Positions 12,973-24,375 of a stretch of 64,000 bases of DNA are shown here, one piece after another. The notes under the pieces were generated by a model, which was not told where the DNA came from, made no database searches, and saw nothing but the letters and a program-made list of their open reading frames with translations. The stretch's first letter is position 1. Every line of letters begins with the position of its first letter. Source of the stretch: Octopus sinensis (Eukaryota); NCBI RefSeq assembly GCF_006345805.1, contig NC_043009.1, positions 37,944,001-38,008,000 on the forward strand, in the 5' to 3' direction. The position numbers and the translations under genes are program-made.

Positions 12973-14140
12973 CACACCACACACACACCACACGTGTAAA
13001 TTTACATTATACTCTGAGCAAAATTATAACATGGAAATCATTTCTCAGAGAATATGCATAAATATGAAAAATTATGTTTTACTGAGACAACAGAGAAATG
13101 GGCTTGTGTTAAGAGAGCGAAAAACCCAAGTTAGGAGAAATTGAAAATTTATGCAATATGCCTTAAAAGGAACCAGTGAAAAAAAAAAAGCATTATTAAG
13201 AGCTAATTACAGCATGGGTTTGCATTCTGAGTTCTTGTACTCTGAGTTCAAATCCCACTGAATCAACTCATTCTTTTATCCTTTAATGAGTCTAGTACTG
13301 TGGTCAGGACCTCTCTCTGTCTCATTTTTTCTCTGTCTCTTTTTTCTTTGCCTTTCTTTCTCTCTCTCTGAAAGTAATTGGTTGTGCTCAGGTCAGGAGT
13401 GTTAGTTGGCCTTTGCCATGTTTGAAATGCCCACGAAAGGAAAGAACAGAGGGAGGGAAGTAGGGAGGAAGGAAGGAATTTCAGCGTGATGTCAACAGAA
13501 GAAATATGGGTTCAATTCTTGTAAGGGAAGCACAACTTAATGACTTTCCTGTTGACTTTGTAACAGACGGTCTTAAGAAATAGAAGCACATAACAGAAAA
13601 TATTAAAGACCAATTTTCTAAGTGAAAACAAAAACAAAGCATAAAAAAAACAAAGGAAATAAACAAAAAACAAAATTCAAGGTAATAAAGAAACAATTTT
13701 CTCTTTTAAATAACTACTTTGGTTTACAATATATTTTCTCAGATCTGCTGTGTATATTTGTGTCTGTGGTGTTTATTATTATTATCATCATCATTATTAT
13801 TATTACCATCATTATCATCATTATCGTCATCATCTATACAATGTGTGTTGTTTCAAAATTAATATAATAGTCAGTGAAAAAACAAAAACAAAACTATTTT
13901 GTTCTTTTGGTTGCTCAAAGAGTTAGAAGTAAAAGGTTGGTAGATGTCTACAAAATCAATAAAGTTTTTGCTATCACATGTAGAAAGCTTAAAATATCTG
14001 GTCTGAATTATGAAGGTACTGAAAGATATATGTTGAAACATGCCAACTCCTTCATGAATAACTGTGATACAACTGTGTTCCTAGTGTCATGCAAATTCTA
14101 AGCAAGGATTGCTTGAACCCTTAATCATTTAAACTGACCA

Positions 14141-14590
14141 CAGGTGACATGTAAAAGTACCATCCGTTCGTAGCCGTTCGCCAGCCCTGTCTGGCCCCCG
14201 TGTAGGTGGCACGTAAAAGCACCATGCGTTCGTGTTCGTTGCCAGCCTGGCCTGGCCCCCGTGCCGGTGACACGTAAAAGTACCATCCGTTTGTGGCCGT
14301 TTGCCAGCTCTGTCTGGCCCCCGTGCCGGTGACACGTAAAAGCACCATCCGTTCGTGGCCGTTTGCCAGCTCTGTCTGGCCCCCGTGCCGGTGACACGTA
14401 AAAGCACCATCCGTTCGTGGCCGTTTGCCAGCCCTGTCTGGCCCCCATGTTGGTGACATGTAAAAGCACCATCCATTCGTGTCCGTTGCCAGCCTCGCCT
14501 GGCCCCGTGCCGGTGACACGTAAAAGCACCATCCGTTCGTGGCCGTTTGCCAGCTCTGTCTGGCACCTGTGCAGGTGGCACGTAAAAAGC
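14141..14590. repeat. GC/CpG-rich tandem array of 60-62-bp units (7 full units, 8 motif copies)
   Basis: gtaaaa anchor at 14151, 14213, 14274, 14336, 14398, 14460, 14520, 14582. Confidence 0.95.
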
Positions 14591-14763
14591 ACCCACTACA
14601 CTCACGGAGTGGTTGGCATTAGGAAGGACATCCAGCCGTAGAAACACTGCCAGATCTGACTGGGCCTGATGAAGCCTTCCAGCTTCACAGACCCCAGTTG
14701 AACCGTCCAACCCATGCTAGCATGGAGAACGGACGCTAAATGATGATGATGATGATGATGATA
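14141..14763 (+). mobile_element. SINE family C with expanded internal VNTR and (GAT)n tail
   Basis: the array runs straight into cactacactcacggagtggttggcattaggaaggacatccagc...ccaacccatgctagcatgg...(gat)n. Confidence 0.85.
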
Positions 14764-14769
14764 GATACC

Positions 14770-14968
14770 CCAAATATTTTATCTGTTTCATGTTCAAACT
14801 GGCCAGACATTGTCTCTTGTAGCTACCCTAAAATTTCATTCTAAAAAATAAATAATCACACTATCAAAATCTTGAAGTTACATGATAATGCTTGATTAAT
14901 TTAAGACAAGACAATGTGAATATATAAGCATGGCATTTGACAGAGTAATCTGAATGCTAAAGGTTTAA
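14770..14968 (-). mobile_element. MITE family 1
   Basis: ends tttgacagagtaatctgaatgctaaaggtttaa; homologous to 2661-2890. Confidence 0.65.
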
Positions 14969-15029
14969 GGGAACAATTGTATGTGAGATATCAAGCCACG
15001 TTCTAGAATATGATATAATATAAGAGCCT

Positions 15030-15810
15030 TTACAGAGTTGCTTAGCTTGCTAGATATAGCAACCAAATCTACTTAAAATCACACTTTATTATTTTAGTGC
15101 AAGAGACATGTTGGAAACTGCAGTCTGTGTTATAGAAAACGACATTAGTCATGACTGGAATAATGTTCTAGAATATTCAGAGCTGCCTTCTACCCTATGA
15201 TACGATGTGGGAGCCTCTACAGAACTGGTTCTCAACCAGGGTTCATACAACCCTTGGGGCTCCATGTAAGATTTTATTGTTAAAATCTATCTGCAGTAAC
15301 TTGCTTATACTCCAACAATACACAAAATATTAAAATTTTTTTTTATATGTAACTCTTAATAATATTTAATCATAAAAATATAAGATTTTTTAAACACTAA
15401 ATGGCTGAGAGGGTCCACTCAAATAAAATAGGAATCAAAAGAGTCCTTAGATAAAAAATGGTCTATAGAGTTACTTAGCTTGCTAGAAATAGCAGCCAAA
15501 TCTCTTTCAAATTGGTCTTTTCAATCTTAGAGAAAGGAAACATTGGAAAGCATTGCTGCTCCCAATATCGCTGATTTTATAATATGATACAATGTAAGAA
15601 TGTCTATGGAGTTGCTTAGCTTGCTAAAAATAGCAGCCGTATCTTTCTTCAAATCACACTACTATTTTAGAAGAGGAAGAGACAAGTAGGAAATTACACT
15701 ATGGTATAGAAAATAGTGTTGTTGGTCATGATTGGAATAACCTTTTGATCAGACATCTGTCTGTTCTATCAGAAGTGACTGAGGGCAAAAACAACAACAG
15801 CAACAATTGT
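15030..15810 (+). mobile_element. Three fragments of a SINE 3' body (family F, (CAA)n tail) flanking a hAT-type MITE
   Basis: gcttagcttgcta(g/a)aaatagcagcc-type block near 15040, 15475 and 15615; also at 58140-58330; last copy ends in caacaacagcaacaa. Confidence 0.6.
15225..15465 (+). mobile_element. hAT (Charlie-like) MITE, right end lost
   Basis: tggttctcaacc terminal motif; related partial copies at 27136-27230 and 44283-44583. Confidence 0.5.
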
Positions 15811-16151
15811 AATACAAAAATCAATGATTGACAAAAAAAGATAGCAATCTTATTTATTTTATTTTCTGAGCTATTCAAAAATTAAATAGTATAGCCCGAG
15901 TTATTTCATTGTACGTGAACTCATTAACGAAATAATGCTACACAGATTAGGGAGGCATTTAATTAGTAGAAAACAAACAACCAAAGTAGCAACCAAAGAA
16001 AACACAGTACCAAATAAGTGGTCTTTTATTATTATCATTATTTTTTTCACCAATAACTTGAAGCAAATATGTATGTATGTATATAGATGTATGAACAGAT
16101 ACACACACATACACAATTCACACAGATGTATGTGTATATGTATATGAACAG

Positions 16152-16182
<31 letters not shown>

Positions 16183-16609
16183 TGTATGTATGTATGTGTA
16201 TATATATATATATATATAGATTTCTTGTCTGTCTAATTTGCTTCAAACCAATGTGTAATCATCATAAATTTCATCTGGAGAGCATTGATTATTGCAACGG
16301 TTACGACAACCCGAGGAGCTAGACTGTTATGGGTCGAATGAATGGAGTTAATAAGAAATTCATTTTGAATCTTTTCTTTTCAATTTAAAGTAACTGAACC
16401 AATAAGTGCTTTTTATCCACTTCGATGCTTTGCTTCAACAAAAGAAGAAAGCAATATAATTTAGTAATATTATGTAGACATTATAAAAGCGTTGATGACC
16501 TTTCACTAAGTTGTTTCTTCACTTTTTGATGTCTTATAGCCATTCTATACCTTGATAAAAAATTCTTAATATGCAAACGTATAGCTAAATGGTCAGAAGG
16601 TTTTGCTTC

Positions 16610-17130
16610 TTAAACCCTTTTGTTAACATATTTTTGGTGAAATACACTGCCTATGTTTCAAATAGTTTTGAAAATAAAGAAGAATTTAGTAAAATTATTT
16701 GGTCATTATTAGTTGATGTATGGCTAAATGGTCAGAAGATTTTGCTTCTTAAAACCTTTTTGTTAAAGTATTTTTGGTGAAATACACTGTGTTTCAAGTA
16801 GTTTTGAAAATAAAGAATTTAGCAAAATAATTTTGTCATTACTAAGCTGGTGTTTGGAACATAAATTAACAGGAAATTTTGATGGAATGTTTTAATTTCA
16901 ACCACTTTAAAATTTTTGTTCCCATATTTCTGTTGAAATACACTGGCATTGTTTCAATCAATTTTGAAAATAAAGAATTTAGTAAAATAATTTGGTCATT
17001 ATTTAAGCTGCTGTTTTGAACATAAATTTACACGAAATTTTTATGGAAGGTTCTAATTTAGTTAACATTCAAATAAATTTCTGCCATAGAACCAAGGCCA
17101 GTCTCAGACTGTTTGGTTCAAAAAAGTTTA
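16610..17130 (+). mobile_element. Three tandem MITE family 2 fragments
   Basis: repeated gaaatacactg...ttttgaaaataaagaatttag...gctggtgtttggaacataaatt. Confidence 0.75.
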
Positions 17131-17544
17131 ACAAGGTAAAGGTATTGACTGCAAGTCTACAGCATGGTAAATTTGGCAAGTATCTTCTCCTATAGTTCTG
17201 AGTTGATTAAAACCACAAGAGTGAAATTCTGGTCAACAATAACCATAAGAGAAAACCTGGTTTATGGACTGTATGATGTGAAAACCTAACTTTGCTTTCT
17301 TTCACCCTCAGTTTCATGCTGATTCCGCCCGAGGATTCCTGTATGAGGAATACACAGCCACAAGCACTATCATTCAGTAACTAGGTAGAGAGGGTCAGTT
17401 GATCGAACAACTAGGTCATTCATTTACTGAAACCAATATGAGATCTATCAGACAATATTTTAGTTTATTTTTGTTTTGGTCTTCAAGGGAAGGTAGTTTT
17501 GTTTGTTTTTTAGTTTTAGTCAAAGCGAATGGCAATGCCCACAG

Positions 17545-17735
17545 CCCTTTTACAGGGTTTCCAAGACTGGAAAGATTGAAAGGAAAAGAAGCAGAAGAGG
17601 ACGATATGGATGTGAAGTTTGACAAACTGGTTAGAAGAAAGAGGTATTAAACAGCAGGAAGTAGAACTGTTACAAAGAACAAAGAATTGTGGCAGGACAT
17701 GATCACTTCTATCCTACATTGAGGACATGGAACCA
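17545..17735 (+). mobile_element. RTE-clade LINE 3' end remnant
   Basis: translation GKIERKRSRRGR...WLEERGIKQQEVELLQRTK...ELWQDMI (frameshifted) matches the RTE terminal GKIEGKRxRGR pattern. Confidence 0.6.
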
Positions 17736-18009
17736 AAAGAAAGAAAGAAATTCACTACTTGCTTGCTTAAAAGAAACTATGATTTTTCTGGAGATGGGAA
17801 CCTGGTATCTCGTCTTGCCTTGATCCTTTCTGATGGAGTGATAGCAACACCATCACGACAAAGCATTTTGAGCATCTTTACCTCTAGTAAAACCCATCAC
17901 TCTCCAGGTCTGATCACTGCGAAGATTTTTTAAATATGATTTTGCCCAAACAAGGCTTGAGACCACTGTAGTATAAGGGGCTACAAAGAAGGAAAGATGG
18001 AACCTACAA

Positions 18010-18200
18010 ATTCCAAAAAATTAGCAGAAAGTTTAAAGGATTGAATATCAGAATGCAGAAGAAAACCAGATGAGATGACAGTAATGAGTTCCAGACAGTG
18101 ACAGTTTTAGGGAAAAAAGCTATTGGAATAGAAGAACTTATGACTAACAGGAAATCCAACAGAGAAACAATATGCCTAGGAAGAGAAGCGGGTAACATAT
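18010..18200 (-). mobile_element. CR1/L2-group LINE ORF2 C-terminal remnant
   Basis: FFPKTVTVWNSL matches the CR1-group FFPRTxxxWNSLP motif. Confidence 0.55.
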
Positions 18201-18322
18201 TTAACTCTCTAGCATTTAAACTGGCTATATCTGGCCAAAATACTCTGTTTTATGTTCAAACAAAGCAAATCCATCCTTTCCCATCTAGCCTACAATATCA
18301 TTCTAAGAATAAAACAATCATA

Positions 18323-18706
18323 GGCACAGGAGTGGCTGTGTGGTAAGTAGCTTGCTTACCAATCACATGGTTCTGGGTTCAGTCCCACTGCGTGGCACCT
18401 TGGGAAAGTGTCTTCTACTATAGCCTCGGGCCGACCGAAGTCTTGTGAGTGGATTTTGTAGATGGAAACTGAAAGAAGCCCGTCGTATATATGTATGTAT
18501 GTGTGTGTATATGTTTGTCCCCCAACATCTTGACAACCGATGCTGGTGTGTTTGCGTCCCTGTAACTTAGAGGTTCGACAAAAGAGACCGATAGAATAAG
18601 TACTAGGCTTACTAAGAATAAGTCCTGGGGTCGATTTTTTTGACTAAAGGCAGTGCTCCAGCATGGCCGCAGTCAAATGACTGAAACAAGTAAAAGAGTA
18701 AAGAGT
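18323..18706 (+). mobile_element. Full-length CORE-type SINE, body I
   Basis: same head, CORE and tail as 4267-4665. Confidence 0.9.
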
Positions 18707-19956
18707 ATATCCTTGAAATCTTGAATCTATGGAATAATGCATGAGTGATTCAGAATTATATAAATAAACAATCATTACATATGACAAAGAAATTTGAATG
18801 CTAAAAAGTTAGAGATTTTGAGAGAGGATACAAGACTAGAAAATTCATCAGGACATGTGACCACAGAAATACTTATAGGAAAAACATTGATGGAGATATA
18901 TTCCCAGGATGAGCCAAAGACTCCAACGTAGTGGAAGAAAGAGGACCCACTATATTGAAAACTTGGTTCTGAATTCGACCAAGTTATGACACTCAGAAGA
19001 GAAAAAGAAGAATCGATTCCAGGAATTTTACATTCATAAAACACCTAAAAGGATGAAAGACAATGTTGACTGACCTTAGTAGGGCTTGAACTCAGATCAC
19101 AAAGAGCTGAATGGCACAAAACACTGCAAGTCAATCTTATCCAATTTTGTAACCACTAGGCCAAATTAGTGCCTTAGCTTAATCCTCATGTGGCATCAAA
19201 TTAAAAGTCATTATACAAACATAACTTTTAATACTAATTAGCCAGAGTTAATTAGTGTCAGGTTTGAGTGTAGAAATATGAAGTGTAGATACACATTTAA
19301 GTAGCTTCGTTTATTTTCAGAGTTTTAACTCTGCTACCACCCCTTCTCCAACCCTCTAAAATCTGATTTTTTTTTCTTTCTGTCTTTTATATTTACAATC
19401 TTTGCATAATTTCATTTTCCAGCTGCGTTACTTTTTACATGGATTGATTTTGAGGGAAGAAAGGAATTTTATTTTTTTAATTCAAAAAAAAAAAAATTTT
19501 TTTTATTCCCAAACTTCTTCATCATTCGTAGTACTTTCATCAAAAGAACAGAGGGAGAAAAAGAAAAAAAAAGGAGAGAAAATACAAAAAAACAAAACTG
19601 ACAACCAAACAAACGTGGTTTATTGAAATCTAAAGAGGTGAAAAATAAAAACATAAAAAAATAATTATAACACATAAAACTAAATAATAGATTTAGTAGT
19701 CAATATAGGGAAAAAGTATTTCATTGCATTTAAATCTGTGGAAAATGGAAATGGTATTATAGTGTTTGAAACAGATGTTCAAAGCTACTGACAAAATTCT
19801 TAGATAAAAAAAATAAAAATTTTTAAAAATATAAAATTCTGAAATTATAAAATTTATGAAGAAATTATAGTAATATAAATAAAAGCATTCTTTCAAGTTT
19901 TAACTAGAGATTATTATTATTATTATTATTACCAATATTATTATTATTATTACCAA

Positions 19957-19989
<33 letters not shown>

Positions 19990-20602
19990 CTTCTCCAGTT
20001 GAATTAAAGGAAACTTAGATGTTTTCTATGCTGCTTCACTTTGTAATACTAATCCTGCTGATTCATTGGAAAACTTCTGAAGAAGAAGAAGAAAGTTTTT
20101 TTGTTTTTTTTTTATGGAAAAATTCAACGATCCAAAAATGAATTTATAAACTTTTCGAATGCTTCCAACTAGAAAAATAATTGAAATCTATTGCATGTGC
20201 CAATTACAATTAAGAACAGTGAAAGTTTTGACAAAACAATATTTGTTTGTTTGATCATTTGATTTGCATCTTTTTTTTTTTTTTCATGCTAGCATGAGTT
20301 AGACAAAACTATTGTTGAGGCATTGTTATACACCTCGATGCTTTTCCTGTTGTAAACCCTTGCCTGTTTTTCAAGTATGTGATCTCTTATTTCACATGTC
20401 TATGAAGGCACAAAGCAAGAAGACAATTCCTTGATACACACACACAGACATACACACAAGAGGTTTCTTCTAGTTTCTAGAAATTCTTTCACAAGGCTTT
20501 GAGTGGCGTGAGACAAGAGTAGGAGATACTTCCCCAAGGTGCTGTATTGTAGGATTGAAAATACTATGAAAAAGATTTTTCATAGTATTTTTCCGATGGC
20601 TG

Positions 20603-20663
20603 GATAACTGAAGGGATGGTGGCGAGGATTTCTACCTCGGCATCCGAAACTCGGAGTTTTATC
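20603..20663 (+). ncRNA. Type I hammerhead ribozyme motif (A9 missing)
   Basis: stem I GATAA/TTATC; CTGAAG; stem II GGATG/CATCC plus CGAGG/CCTCG; GAAA 20646-20649; near-palindromic stem III ACTC-G-GAGT; GTT site. Confidence 0.7.
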
Positions 20664-20713
20664 ATGGCTACCGAATAATTGTCACATATTACATTTACAG
20701 ATATATATATATA

Positions 20714-20750
20714 TTAGCGCTTTCGTCCATTCTAGTGGACTCTTACACAT
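20714..20750 (-). ncRNA. Minimal hammerhead motif, 5' core eroded by microsatellite
   Basis: minus strand reads tgtAAGA-GTCC-actagaat-GGAC-GAAA-GCGC-TA; palindromic AGCGCT stem III. Confidence 0.55.
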
Positions 20751-20773
20751 ACATATGTATGTATGTATATATA

Positions 20774-20804
<31 letters not shown>

Positions 20805-20806
<2 letters not shown>

Positions 20807-20972
20807 TTTCCCTCTGTCTTCCCGCCTCTGGATCTTTCCTTCTCCTATGTTTCCAACGAAGAGCTCCGCTCGAAATGTTAAACCCTCCTTCTTTCCTGAG
20901 CGTCCAATAATACTATATTTGTTCCACGTCCTCGCGTTGTGTTTTTTTGTGCTTTCTTGTTTGGATTAACTT
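20805..20972 (+). mobile_element. Putative Penelope-like element terminal fragment between TA/TG tracts
   Basis: unique 170-bp segment containing an HHR motif, flanked on both sides by (TA)n/(TG)n. Confidence 0.5.
20849..20883 (+). ncRNA. Minimal type I hammerhead motif (core mutated)
   Basis: stem I GTTT/AAAC; CcaACGA-A; stem II GAGC-tcc-GCTC; GAAA; AAtGTT (AACGTT palindrome with CpG decay). Confidence 0.6.
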
Positions 20973-21005
<33 letters not shown>

Positions 21006-21012
21006 ATATATA

Positions 21013-21053
<41 letters not shown>

Positions 21054-21059
21054 CTTTAT

Positions 21060-21440
21060 GTACTACTTGTTTCAGTCATAAGAATGTGGTCATGCTGGGG
21101 CACCACCTTGAAAATTTTTAATCGAATGAATTGATCCCAGTACTAATATTTCAATTTACTTAATTTTTCTTTTAAACTTTGTAATTATTTTATTGGACTG
21201 TTTTGCTGAAGCGTTAAGTTATGGGGATGTAAACACACCAACACTGGTTGTCAAGCAGTGTGTGTGGGGACAAACACAGATACTAACACACACACATATA
21301 TGACAAGCTTCTTCCAGATTCTGTCAACCAAATCAACTCACAAGGCTTTGGCTGACCTAAAGCTATAGTGGAACACCTTGCCCAAGATGGGACTGAACCT
21401 GGAACTATGAGGTTGGGAAGCAAACTCCTTACCACACAAC
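21060..21440 (-). mobile_element. CORE-type SINE body I, decayed
   Basis: cttgtttcagtcat...gtaaacacaccaacactggttgtcaagc...cttgcccaag. Confidence 0.7.
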
Positions 21441-21608
21441 TATCATCATTAAATGCCTGGCTTCCATGCCGGCATAGGTTGGACAGTTTGACAGAGTGCG
21501 ACAAGTCAGAAGACTGTGTCATTGCACCAATATTTACACTGGCATAGCGCTTATCGCTAGATGTCCTTCATAATACCATTCACAGACAATATTGGCTCAA
21601 TTGGCTAT

Positions 21609-22021
21609 AGGCGGCAAGCTGGCAGAAACGCTAGCACGCCGGGTGAAATGCTGAGTGGTATTTCGTGTGCCGTTACGTTGTGAGTTCAAATTCCGCCGAG
21701 GTCGACTTTGCCTTTCATCCTTTCGGGGTTGATAAATTAAGTATCAGTTACGCACTGAGGTCGATGTAATCGACTTAATACCTATGTCTGTCCTTGTTTG
21801 TCCCCTCTATGTTTAGCCCTTGTGGGCAATAAAGAAATAGGTATTTCGTCTGTCGTTATGTTCTCAGTTCAAATTCCGCCGAGGTCGACTTTACCTTTCA
21901 TCCTTTCGGGGTCGATAAATAAAGTACCAGTTTCACACTGAGGTCGATGTAATCGACTTACTCCCTTTGTCTGTCCTTGTTTGTCCCCTCTATGTTTAGC
22001 CCCTGTGGGCAGTAAAGAAAT
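21609..22021 (+). mobile_element. Dimeric Meta-domain-like tRNA-SINE
   Basis: full monomer 21609-21840 (A-box-like head, B box gagttcaaattcc), then a 5'-truncated monomer 21841-22021. Confidence 0.9.
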
Positions 22022-22642
22022 AAATATTGGCTATTTTCGTGGTATCCACACTAGTGATAATCATCTCATAACTTAGAAGGCTAAATCCTTTAAGCGACCC
22101 CTATAACTGACGGAGAACAGAAGAGGATGATTGATGATCCAAGACAGAAGGATGAGGGATGATAAGTAAGACTTAGGGTTTGGGTGAGTATGGCAGGGAA
22201 AAAGATAAACGGAAAGGAGTAGTGCCAGGGGTTATTGAGAAAAAAGAAGGGATAGAGCTGAAGAGCTGATAGGGCAGTTGTTTAAGGGTAGTGCCCAGAA
22301 CTATCCAATATTATAAGTGTGTATCTTATAATTTTTTTAAGAGGTTCCTTTCTTTGTTCGTGTTACAGTTGCTTATAGTTATTGTCTGACAAGCTGTATA
22401 GGCAGTTTGATACTAACCTCCCCAAGTTTGTTCCCAAGTTTTATAGTGTAAACTTTCTATTTTAAAGTGATCGGAAACCTTCCATCATAATTTAATATCA
22501 ATTTTGTGTTCTAGACACCATCTTAACACTGACAAAGACATTTTACTAAAGTCTTCATTATTTAAAAAAATTTTTAAAACAAAGTGTTTTACAATAGAAA
22601 TATGGTCTAAAAAAAAAAAGCATTAACTGAATTTCACACATA

Positions 22643-23075
22643 GGCACAGGAATGGCTGTGTGGTAAGTAGCTTGCTTACCAACCACATGGTTCTGGGTTC
22701 AGTCCCACTGTGTGGCACCTTGGGCAAGTGTCTTCTACTATAGCCTTGGGCCGACCAAAGCCTTGTGAGTGGATTTGGTAGATGGAAACTGAAAGAAGCC
22801 CGTCGTATATATGTGTGTATGTATATATATATGTGTGTGTGTGTGTGTGTATGTGTGTGTAAATGTTTGTGTATCTGTGTTTGTTCCCCCAACATCACTT
22901 GACAACCAATGCTGGTGTGTTTACATCTCCGTAACTTAGCAGTTCGGCAAAAGAGACCGATAGAATAAGTACTAGGCTTACAAAGAATAAGTCCTGGGGT
23001 CAATTTGCTCGACTAAAGGCGGTGCTCCAGCATGGCCGCAGTCAAATGACTGAAACAAGTAAAAGAGTAAAGAGT
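22643..23075 (+). mobile_element. Full-length CORE-type SINE, body I
   Basis: as 4267-4665. Confidence 0.9.
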
Positions 23076-24024
23076 ATATATATACATTTTAGAATAGAAA
23101 TTGACAGAAATTGACAGAAAGATGATAAGCAACTGTGAGAGGAGTCAATGAAAGAACCTCTACGTGATCTGCTAGAAGCAGCAACATAAATCCTTTTCTA
23201 TGTTCATTTCCACGGTTTTAAAAATGAATATATTTCTATCCTGGATGTAATATGACAGTAAAGAAGCTGGGATGGTCGTGGTTGGAATGCCAGTCAGATG
23301 ATGGATATTTAATACACAAAAATAGTTTGAGAAACATGCAGTCCTCCTCTCTTGCTTCAAACAATAGTAGAAACAGCAATGATATTATTCCCTACACATT
23401 ACCTCGTAATATTGCTTTAGTAGGTAATATCATTATATATATATATATATATATGTACACACATTTGCATATATTAATTTGCTTCAATTTCCATTGTAAA
23501 TGAGTTCTATTCTTTAGAGGAAAAGAAAAGACAGAATGGAAACATTTATCCCATGTGTTTTTTTTTTAATAAATTATCTTGTTTCTAGGTTTTTACAGCC
23601 CTGAGAATCAAGCAATTCATTGAATAACTTAAATGTTTTGCTTGCAGGAGATTGTTTACAGTAAACTGTGATACCAATCATTAGATTGGAGTGATAACTA
23701 AATTGATAGAATTAAAAAACAAAACAAAAACCAACTTCCAACCATCCTCCTATTGTTACTTCTCTCCATAGTAATTCTACATTTCCAAGCAGGTTATTTA
23801 GTGCAAATCACAATAGGTTGATGGTATTGCATCTGAGGATTTCTATTGTTTTCTAATTTCTTTTCTGTGTCATTGTTTTAATAAAGGTTATCAATTTTGT
23901 TTCATCTCTGTGAAATTATCATTTGTTTTCTTCTCACACAAGACTGCTAATTGTAAGATATACATCTCAATCTCTGCTATTGCTGAACCGATATTAGTTC
24001 ACCTGGTGTGATATCTTTAAACTT

Positions 24025-24375
24025 GCTTCAGTCATTGGACTGTGGCGAGTTGGGGGCACCAGCTTGAAAGGTTCTTTTTAGTGGAACAAACTGATGTTTT
24101 TGAGGTGCTCATTCCAACAATTTGCATCGGTTGTCAAGTGATGTTGGTGGGACAAACACAGACACACAAACATATACACACACATACAGATACAGATATA
24201 TACATATATACGACAGGCTTCTTTCAGTTTCCGTCTACCAAATCCACTCACAAGGCTTTGGTCGGCCTGAGGCTATAGTAGAAGACACTTGCCCAAGGTG
24301 CCACACAGTGGGATTGAACCCGGAACCATGTGGTTTGTAAGCATGTTACTTATCACACAGCCACTCTTACGTCTA
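24025..24375 (-). mobile_element. CORE-type SINE, body I
   Basis: reverse complement of the family; a second reverse head follows at 24400-24560. Confidence 0.8.

Noticed and set aside
14121-14710. Three long minus-strand ORFs up to 193 aa
   Set aside because: Open only because of the GC-rich 62-bp tandem repeat; no domain is recognisable
16311-16338. CCGAGGA...GGTCGAAT hammerhead-like string
   Set aside because: Two core mismatches and stem II out of register; no stem I or III
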